Assembly (NCBI RefSeq): GCF_031769215.1
Contig: NW_026782247.1
Location: forward strand, 310,001 to 374,000
From: Ylistrum balloti
Lineage: Eukaryota
Reading direction: 5' to 3'
DNA length: 64,000 nucleotides
Position numbers and translations under genes: made by a program
Shown: positions 39,756 to 49,870 of the stretch, one piece after another
How positions within the stretch are numbered: position 1 is the stretch's first letter
How the letters are laid out: every line of letters starts with the position of its first letter
The notes under the pieces: model-generated
Told to the model about the DNA's origin: nothing
Database searches by the model: none
Seen by the model: only the letters and a program-made list of their open reading frames with translations

Positions 39756-42730
39756 TGTAAAAATAAACAAACAAATAAACAAAAAATTGTTATTTTTAGA
39801 TATTTTTGTGAATGACTGTAAATTTGAATGATAGGGTAAAATATCTTCTCATGAAAGGTAATCAGCTATCAGGATTATGTAAAACACTGATTTCTGAGAA
39901 AAAAAGAGAAGTATCAATACTGGTCATTGTCTGTTTCTGTATCATGATAAATGATATCTGTGTTATCAATGACAGCCTCAGTCTGAAAAGTACAAGTGCA
40001 TTAGATTCTTGCTCGTAATGCGACAGTTTGAGATAGGAAAGTAAATAGCGATGCAGGCTGGCTGACTCGGAGCGCTGCGCTTCATTAAAGAGCTCCATTC
40101 AAAGACCTGTAACTCTCATCAACCCCTGTCCATCCTCATAACTCATACTCAAGCTTGCCAAAGTGCCTAGAAAAATTGTGAAAAAATGGCCTCGAGATTT
40201 TGATTCAATCTTTGAATAATTGATAAGAAATATACTAGCAATGGATTGGTCATCGGATTCTGGCGCCATTTAGTCTTAAGCGTCACTGTGGAGACATCGG
40301 TCTGTTGACTTTCTAGTCAGGGTAGAGATGGTTTTGTAATTTGTCTTGAAGAATGAGGCCTCCCCATAGGGGATATGTTAAGGAGCTTACAGCCCCATGA
40401 AGGTTTATCTATACAAAGCTCACATGCATGGGGAAATAGTTTGACCTTTGAGTGTTCAGATTTTACATATTTAAATTGCATGTAACTGAAGCGAATCTGA
40501 TAAATGTAGGACAATGCTTTTAAAAAAATCTGAAGTGTTTTGATATTTTTTAAAATTCCAAACCACTGTCCGCCAAGGAGATTGAACCTGTAGAAGTTTT
40601 CAGAACAGGACAATCAAAATGGTTATGACAGTAGAAGATGTCTGTGGGGCTTTTATCATTAGGCTTGTTTCATTATTCCTTGTCTTGCTAGCATGCTTCA
40701 AGTCTTTATCATAGCATGGAGGGTCCCCATGGGGAATTATTCAGGTCAGAGGTTCTCATGGGGAATATTGACCCTGATTAAGATTTCATGCTTGTGGTAT
40801 AGAGTTTAGACTGAATATGTCCAGGTTTGGTAATGTTGAAATGTCAGTTACAGATTGCTGTATTCCAGTCTGTGTTTGGACAATTATCAGTGGCCTAGTA
40901 GCTAAGATTTCTTCCATCATGGATACCTGTATATGACCTTCATCACTAGCAAATGATTTTCTGTGTTCAGAGTGCAGAAGAATTAATGTATGTAACCTTC
41001 ACTTGTCACAAATATCTTGGTAACCTTGATTTTTCGCTATTAATGTAATGTAAAAGAATTCATGTAATATTTAACATGCCACAAATATCATTCTGACCTT
41101 GACCTCTAGAACAACGGTCTTCTATGTAGATTAGAACCTCAGATATCAACCGAAAAGAGTATAAGAAATTCTAAGTTTTGTTTATAAGTTGTGTTTGTGT
41201 GTTAGATATATGTTGTCAGTTCAATTAGAAGACTGCAGGCCTGTCAATACTCTTCATGTGCAGCAAGGTAGGTTATTGATCAATGATTTTTGTGTTGACT
41301 GTTTAACTGGTCCACTCAATGTTTGTGAAATTCTTCAGACTCGAGTCTACATGCTTTACAATTTGATGTCTAACACATGATCACTTTGGAATCTTAGTAA
41401 ATAGACTCTGAAACATCTTCTTCACTGCAGCAGAAACTTTTACAATTTATCGTAAACCCAGGTGTGTAATGTTCCTGTGTTACCTATAATTCTTCATTAG
41501 ACTCTTCCATTACTGATCTGGACCAATCCAATGTTACTACAGAGGAGATAAGTAGAATTCATTTAAACATTGTGACTTCCGCATTTAAACTAAAATAGGT
41601 GGAATTATCTAATAAACTTCAGGCAGAATTCAAAGGATGTGTTGATCGGGGCGGTGATTAGATCAAGGCTGAAACAGCATTAACACTTCCCGGAAAGAGA
41701 ATCTTAAAGAGCAATTTGTTCTTTTGATGGAAAAAATGATTGTATTAAGGTGACTCAGATGAAATCAAAAGGATCTCTTGAACTTCAAACCATCTTGTAC
41801 TTGAAGACTGTATGTAAATATTTGTATAATGTGAAAGTTGGCACAGGAGACGAAGCCAGATTGTTCTGTGGGATGTGGCAGCACAAGCAATCTCGTAAGC
41901 AACCTCGTCCTAGGACGAAATTCATGACATCAAGGATAATTAGTTTGATGTGTCGGATAATCATTAAAGAGATAGTTCGGTCTTCGTCATAATCAGATGG
42001 AATGTGTACCAAGTTACAGAGTAATCTGCCCTTGTTGCCATGAAAACAAGTTTAATTATAGCAACATTTTTTTTGTCATTTCATCTTTAATTTCATGGCA
42101 CTTGTTCCACTTGAGTGGTGTGTTAGTTCTATCAACCTTCTGTGTTACTATAATCAAATGTATCCTTTTAACTTCTTTACCAAACATGTTGGGATAATCT
42201 GCAACAGTTCTACCAAGTTTTTTCTTTAATCTTTGAAATTAAATTTCTGTCTCTATCTCTTTCCTACTTTTTCTTTTAATCTTAAGAATCTTAAGAAAAT
42301 AGCTGTGAATCATTCTTGGAGAAAAATGCAGTTTTCCTTTTAGAAATCTGTGTCCCGTTGGACCTGAGAATCTAATAGAACACAGCTTCAACATGTTCCT
42401 CTGTAGTCCGATTTTATTATTTCTGTGAGAGTTACAGACAAATCAATGTGCAGTTGAGGCGACCACTATTTCTGTAGGTACGTTAACACTGATCTTTTCT
42501 GACAGGTGGTTGGTGCTAAAAGGTTCCTTAATGTGATATTATAAATTGACCTTATGATACAAGTTATTAACTAAAAGCACTACATAAACCCTAAAAACAC
42601 TTTATACAGAAACAAAATGTAAACCTTGTGATAATCTTGTATAGAGTTGTCTGATTAAGGGTATGTTTGATGATTTTCTGTAGTGGATGAAGAAATATCT
42701 TTGGAACACTTAGGAAACCAATATCACATT

Positions 42731-42875
42731 TGGTTTATTGTTACTTTATGTCCTATTAACAGCCAGGGTCATTTAAGGATGTGGCAGGTTTTGGTGGTGG
42801 AGGAAAACACTGACCTTAGAACAGTACCTGGTGACTCCACCAAATAGGCCTCAAACTGGTGACCCAAAACTTGAG
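42731..42875 (-). mobile_element. tRNA-derived SINE, family A, 5'-degraded copy
   Basis: GTCCTATTAACAGCCAGGGTCATTTAAGGATGTGGCAGGTTTTGGTGGTGGAGGAAA..CAGTACCTGGTGACT matches the 3' half of family A. Confidence 0.8.
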
Positions 42876-44628
42876 AGCTAGTCTCCAATGATATTTCATA
42901 AAGAAAAGAAAAAGAGAAAAATGATTTGATGAACAAATGTCAATAACTGAACTTCAGTTTTTTTTTTTTGCAATACAACATGTTAAGTTTCAGAATCACT
43001 GAACCCACAGCATTGATGATATCCAAATCATGGTCGTTGCTTACATGAAAAAACTGTTGAAATCTAAATAAGAGAAGACAAATTTAAGATTTCAAAAAAG
43101 CATTGGGATTGGTGAGGCATAGTTTTTTTTTAAGTTAAATGATTTTTACTGCATGGGTTATTTCCATTCCAATTTTTTATCATGGAAATCAGCCTTGCCT
43201 TCTGAATGGTAAGTTGTGGTGCTGATTGAGTGTTACATGTTTATAGTGCACAATTATAGTTTTGTATGTAAATAGGCGACCAGAGGGAGGTAAACATATA
43301 CGCAACCTTGTAATTACTGATAAATTTTCATGCCAGAAAGTTGAAATTTCTATAAAACTATTACAAAACCAATTTCAGAGTTGTGAATGAGTTTTCTAAA
43401 CTTGAACAATTTGAATTTGACAAGATAGTTCTAAGGATTTCTGTAAATGTGTCTCATTATGGTTTTGGAAATGCTTCAAGCACTCAATCAGTTAGGGAGA
43501 GGAAGTACATATTAAAAGCACTTCAGAAAATTAAATTTAATGTTATATTGTAAAGGAAATATATTGCATACAAACTGGAGCATTGATGCTGTGTACATGT
43601 GTGTATGTGTTCATGATGAGTGAGAATGTGAATTTAAGAAGTGTTAGCGGCAAAGTAAAGTACAATTTTACACTTACTTTTCTGTAAAGGTTGCTTTTAA
43701 AATTAAAAAAATTAAATTTTGAAAAAAAAAACGTTTTTCGTAATTCAATCCAACTCAAAGATTCATCGAAAATAGATAAAAAATATTGATATTTCATTTA
43801 AAAAGAAGAATTTTGAAAAGTATATGAATTCTAGACTAACAAGGCTTTGTAGGCTGGAACTGGTCGGTAGCTGCATGATGTTTTTTTTAACAATTGTGGC
43901 AAAATGATTGAGGAAATGTGAAGTACAATATTTTGATAACAAATATCTAAAATGAAAAGTGGAATTTGAATTAAATACAGAGTTAAAACTCAATAAAATT
44001 TAATGAGTAACGATAAAAACTAGGTCAAATTACGCATGAAATATTGACAGATATCAGATGGTATTTAACGAAACAAAATTGATCAAGAATGACATTTAAA
44101 ATTTTCAATCATATAAAAAAATTTTCGCAGAACGATAAATGAATCTTTTTAATGTGAATTGGTTTTTCCACTTTTAACAGATTTGAACAACAATGATTTT
44201 GTTCAATGGGTAACGCCATTTCATTTGTATTATGTATAGAAAATTGCAGTAGAGCAAACATTATATTATATTATATAACTGTTTAATGAGTTGGTAGTTG
44301 GTACTGCGATAACAAAACTCACCTTCACCTTATTTAGTTCATGGACTAGCAGTAACTGTCAAGTACACTCTCTACCATGACTACTGTGTGTGTTCCAGGC
44401 TTATAGTCATTAACTTTCACCTTGCCTTATCCTTTGTTCATGGTCTTATAACTGTCACAGGTTAAAAACTCTTGTCAACAACTTCAGTCTTATCTATGAT
44501 TGACTGTAGGTTAAGCATTTTCACTTTGGTTATTTCTGATGTTCACATATATATAGCAAGCTCAGATACAAATCTGGAACTTTGAATCAACAACATTACT
44601 GTATATGATGCAATGTGTTAATCTATTG

Positions 44629-44895
44629 ATATTTTGGACAATGTAACACAATTAACAAAGAAAAACAACTTTTGACCTGTGCCCTGTCCAGGCCTCGAGC
44701 TCACAATCTGCGACATCAAATCGCCTAGCCAACAGACTACCTAACCGTTATACAACAGGGATGTCACGATGGTGTAACAATTAGACCGTTTGGAATTTCT
44801 TTGGCTGTGTGATTTGGTAGATTGTGAGCTCGAGGCCTGGACAGGTCATGAGTCAAAAATTGTCCTTCTTTATTGTGTTACATTGTCAAAAATAT
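44629..44895. mobile_element. Fold-back (palindromic) element with tRNA/SINE-head-like arms
   Basis: Perfect 27-bp inverted repeat CCTGTCCAGGCCTCGAGCTCACAATCT (44683-44709 and 44819-44845). Imperfect complementarity extends outward to TTTTGGACAATGTAACACAAT / ATTGTGTTACATTGTCAAAA and inward to a short spacer near 44757-44770. Confidence 0.85.
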
Positions 44896-45869
44896 ATATA
44901 TACCTATGTATAGAGGCTAATTATTGCAATTATTTAACAGCTCTTGACCTAGCTTTGGTGGTAACTTGATAAAGTTTGTGTGATAAATTACTACTGGAAT
45001 CAATGATTCCTGATTTTGGCTATGATTCTGTTCCTGGTCTGTACAAAGCTGACCTTCCATCAATTTGATACTGCTGTCCAAACTGTTGCTGGTGCCCAGT
45101 AAATGATAGACTTTGTAAACAAATGCTGACTTGGGTAAATACGCAGGAATTGAATTTGTAGGTCCCAAGCCTCTCATAGACTTGGCCGATACTTGTATGG
45201 ATTCTTTTACAATTCATTTTAATAGCAAATCCATCGGGGTATGTCCCATAAATGTATCTATTCTATCAGAATTTGAATAAATTGTTGGAAAAATTGATAT
45301 CAATATTGTGTCTCTACAGAAGATTTAGCATGTGAAGTAGGAATTGATATTAAATGGTTACTAAGGTTACAGTTTTCTTTCCTTTAAACTGTTCTGATAG
45401 TTTACTTACTGGATATTGTATTTTGACCCTTCAATTGTAATATCTATCAAATATCATTGTCAACAGTAAAACAATATTGATGGAAAATCACTAGGGACTC
45501 GCAGTTGTACCTGGATTTTGTAACATTTTAAATGTCAGTGTATATTCTGCATGCCAGGTAAAGTGAGAGCAAACTTCATAAATCCAATAGTTGCTAGGTG
45601 CTTTAAGATTATTTCTGATAAAAAGATAGACTCAGTTCCTGGCAATCAAAATTTAGTGCATTATCACTTTCGGCAAATTAAAAACATGATAAGTTAATGT
45701 ATCTACATTAATTCAAAACTCCTGGTTAACACCGTAATATTTGTGGGCAATATTTTCAGTGTGAAAATTTCAGAAATAAGATAACCTTGAAAATATGTAC
45801 ATGCAAAGAAACTCTTAATACTTGATGTTAAGTCATTGTGTACACTATCAATACTGAATACAAACATTC

Positions 45870-46200
45870 ACCTGACTTTATTTTCACTCTTGTATGAAAC
45901 TGTTCGGTGTTCTGTACGTCATACAAACATAAATATAAAAAAACACACATGTAATAACAACATTGTGATGTCATATAATGTCAAAATGACATCACTTTAA
46001 AAAACATATGCTGAGCATTTAATCAAGTATATCCTATAGGGAAATTGATTTAAGATATTTTGCTTATTTTTCAGAAATTTAGGTAATATGATAAATAGAA
46101 TCTTACACTTTTCTCTATGTGATATGGAATTTATGAAACTTGTTAAATAATTATAAAAATCGCATTAAAGTTGGTAACATCAAGTTATTGAAATTGTTTA
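45870..46200. mobile_element. Possible degraded non-autonomous DNA transposon
   Basis: ATGATAAATAGAATCTTACAC..GTGATATGGAATTTATGAAAC and TTTTCACTCTTGTATGAAA with TGA(C/T)GTCA motifs resemble a common bivalve repeat. From memory only. Confidence 0.3.
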
Positions 46201-46919
46201 ATAAATTCCCAATAAAATAACATTGACACGGGATTAAGATCCTCAGTATATTTCAGACATTCAACATTCACAGCTTTTGTTGTTATTAATTGGTAAAATG
46301 GATAAAAGTTAAAACTATGGAGAAAGGTTTTCCAATATACAGTAAAAGAACACGAAAGAATAAAATCTGTACTGGCATTTGAAAAAAATAAGTGATACAA
46401 GAAGAACCTTTAACATGATTGAATGTGATTATTGAAATCATTGTACTTTAGTACGTCTGACTTTCTTGACTCGGGTACACTGTACTTTTAGCCCCTTCTG
46501 TATGTAGGTGGAACAGAAAACAACTTATAAACTGTGAACTCCCCACTGTAAATTTACACGCACAGAGAGATCAGGTTTTCCAATTTGATTAATGTAGCAA
46601 TTAAATTAAGCAATGATTGGCTATGGACTCTGGTTTGTTTGCTCAACACATTTCCATCCCAAAGCAAAGGGCACATGCAGTGAAGACTAACAGTTTTGAT
46701 ACATCAGCGAAAAAAATGTTTTATGAAAATTCAAATAATTATGTCGGCTTGGTGTTATTATTTTGATGCCTTTGTGATGAAGAATCAGCAGGCCTGAGGG
46801 CAATGACTGGGTGAGGGTGATCTACTGCCTCCTAATGAAGTACTGGTCACAGATTTTTATGATAAACTGTTGATTCGGTACAGACCATATCAAGAACCAT
46901 CCTGATTATATACACCAGC

Positions 46920-47170
46920 AATATGATTGGTAGACCATGTTGTCATGGCCTACTGTGATTGGTTGTAACTGACAATCAACATGACAACCAGCTGTGATTG
47001 GTTGACACTGTTGCCATGACAACTAGCTGTAATTGGTTAAAACTATTGCTTGTTGAACTAACTGATTGCTTGGTTGTGGTTGTTCATATCACCATGACAA
47101 CCTGCTGTTAATGACACTGTTACCATGACAATTACAGCCAATTGGGATTTGGAAATATCACCATGACAGC
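46920..47170. promoter_or_regulatory. Cluster of RFX X-box-like and CCAAT (NF-Y)-like motifs in a degenerate repeat of about 40 bp
   Basis: GTTGCCATGACAAC (47010-47023), GTTACCATGACAAT (47119-47132), ATCACCATGACAAC (47088-47101). ATTGG x5. Confidence 0.35.
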
Positions 47171-48393
47171 AAGCAGTTGATATTTTGATGTAGTGCACCC
47201 TTTTTTAAGCGTTTTTTGACTGGACTTATTAGGCGAAATGTTGTCATGAATGTTCATATTATAAATTCTGGACAAGGTTACAATATAACGAGACTAGCTA
47301 TAACTTTGGCTTCCTGATGAAAATCTTATTATATAATTCCACACAGTCTACTGACTTGATTAGTTTGACAAAATGAGCATTTTCTTATTCTGATTTTGTC
47401 ATCAGTTTGATCAAATGAATGTCAGAATTTCATTTCAGCATTTCCCAGTGGTTTAACAAGTTTTTGTTTTCAAATGTCAGTAGATAGTGTAACCTTATAA
47501 ATCAATTTACAAGGAATCTGGGTTTGATAGGTCATCTCAGAGAAATGGTGATGGGTGTTTTCATGGTCACTTGATCAAACTATTGAATGAATAAGTCCCT
47601 GGTGTTTAATATTCTAAAGTGTGGACGACATTAGAAGAAAAAAATCAGTATATAAAAGTCTTCCTGGTTGTTACAGGCATTAGTTGATGAAGTTACGGTT
47701 TAATTTTTTTCGTGTTGTGTGAATCGTTTGATTGTTTCCTTGATTGTAGGACTCCAGTGAAATCTGTGTTTTAATTAAGTGATGTAACATATTGCAATTG
47801 GTAGAAAATGTGTTCTATCAAATATTCCATCTAAACAACATCTTATTCTGTATTTTCTTTCAAGATCATTTTTTTTAAAATAACATTCTTGTGTTGCTGA
47901 ACGGTAGCTAAAAAAATTGCTTTTTGAATTGGAAAAGAAAATTGTCATGCTATTGATTTGATACTGTTGTGTTTTGTTGCTCTGTTAGATGAAGATGCAT
48001 TTGTTGAATGTGATGCGTCTATCTGTACTAGAGTTTAGCAAGATATAGGTGGGCTTAGTACCGTCATCATCTGACTATTACTGCCTAGACATACTACTGG
48101 TACATTAGTGCAAAAGTCTGGGGATGCATAACCTTTGACCTTAAAAGTATATATTTGACCTTTAGGATCAGCTGTAGATGTCAATTGATTAATATGTGAC
48201 CTTGGAATCACTCAATGGAAATGTATAATTAGCATATTTTGGATTGAATTTTGTGAATTTCTGTAAAGGAAATTTGGATGAAGCCTTGATAGGATACCAT
48301 GAAATAGATATTTCACAAATCTCAAGGTATTGGAGTATATATCTTTCTGAAATTATATTCACTTATCAAGTGATAATTACGCCCTGAACAAGT

Positions 48394-48693
48394 CCTGAAA
48401 CGTCAACTGAATTAGGGAGAGACTAGTTACACTGTACAAGGCCTGAAACGTCAACTGAATTAGGGAGAGACTAGTTACACTGTACAAGGCCTGAAATGTC
48501 AACTGAATTAGGGAGAGACTAGTTACACTGTACAAGGCCTGAAATGTCAACTGAATTAGGGAGAGACTAGTTACACTGTACAAGGCCTGAAATGTCAACT
48601 GAATTAGGGAGAGACTAGTTACACTTTACAAGGCCTGAAATGTCAACTGAATTAGGGAGAGACTAGTTACACTGTACAAGGCCTGAAATGTCT
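48394..48693. repeat. 48-bp minisatellite (CCTGAAATGTCAACTGAATTAGGGAGAGACTAGTTACACTGTACAAGG) x6.2
   Basis: Unit starts every 48 bp from 48394. It explains the 16-aa repeat ORFs on the minus strand. Confidence 0.95.
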
Positions 48694-49565
48694 GAAGACT
48701 TAAGTTACAGTGTATATATATCCAGTAGGATTTGTGTTCTTGTAATGACAATTTTAAAAATGAAATGAACTGCTTGTATAACAAATTCTTTGCTGATAAG
48801 TTGCATTTTGGTTTATAAGAGTTCAATTTCAAGATTCTGTTGGTGTTGTGTATGAATGAAGCTGATATCTTTGTTCAGACATAGGAAGAGAACTTTTATA
48901 ACGAGTGTATGTCGTTCCATATCACTGTTAGGTTCACAATATACCAAACCTTATTAAGAATCATGATGATACAGAAATGAACTGTTTTCATCAATTTCCT
49001 TTGTAAGTTAGCTATAGACACAGGAGACAGGCCTCTGGAATATTTACAGTATAACCGTTCCTGGTATGCAGTGCCAAAGGCATTATATGACCAAATTGGC
49101 ACGATTTTTTGCAAGGTCGCATAAATCGAATGTTGCAATGCTTGATAATAAAGCGAAGATTGGACCCTATAATGAATATAAGGAAATGGCCCCAAGGGGT
49201 TCCAAACGACATCGAGGAATAACGAATATCTACTGTTCTCTAATGATGTAGATATTGTGGGTTAACATGCCAGGAGAATTCGGAGTGTCCATTTCTTTGG
49301 TAATGAGGAAAAAAATTTGTACATTGGTCACAGACCAAGTTAATGTGGATATTTTGTGTAGTAGTATCAGTATCATACAAAATGAGGTTCCTCATCTTAT
49401 CCTTTCTTCTTTAGACATTTTTGCTTTCAATAATGTGTTGATGAATTCCGATACATGAAAACCTTTTGCCAAAATTAAGCTTAGATCTTTCAGTAAACAA
49501 TAATCTCTTTACACAAACATATATTGGTAATATAGAACACTCTACAAGCTATTAGATAATAATAA

Positions 49566-49593
49566 CTTTCTTTTCTTGTCATTCCAGGTAAGT
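49566..49593 (+). other. Candidate recursive splice site RS3
   Basis: ctttcttttcttgtcattcCAG|GTAAGT: CAG 49585-49587, GTAAGT 49588-49593. Confidence 0.6.
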
Positions 49594-49607
49594 GGTGATG
49601 TGTTCTA

Positions 49608-49870
49608 GAAGTTGGTACCTGTATCTCTGGTCATGTGATACCTGAAGTTGAACATGTGATACTGGAAGCTATAATCATGTGATACACAGAGCTTGTCATC
49701 TGAAACCTGACGTAAATCATGTGATACCTGAAGCGAGTCATGTGATACACATAGATGGTCATGTGGTACCTGCAGAAAGTCATGTGATACATCGAAGCTG
49801 GTCATGTGGTACCTGTAGCTAGTCATGTGACACATGAAGATGGTGTGATACATGAAGATGGTCATGTTTT
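49608..49870. repeat. Degenerate 21-bp tandem repeat (GTCATGTGATACCTGAAGCTG-like), about 12 copies
   Basis: CATG spacing of 21-23 bp. Exact TCATGTGA x6. Confidence 0.85.

Noticed and set aside
48377-48832. ORFs with a perfect 16-aa repeat
   Set aside because: They result from the 48-bp array lacking a stop in one frame.
48896-49251. ERLYCKYSRGL similarity to an RTE-type RT C-terminus
   Set aside because: Too short and divergent to support without a profile search.
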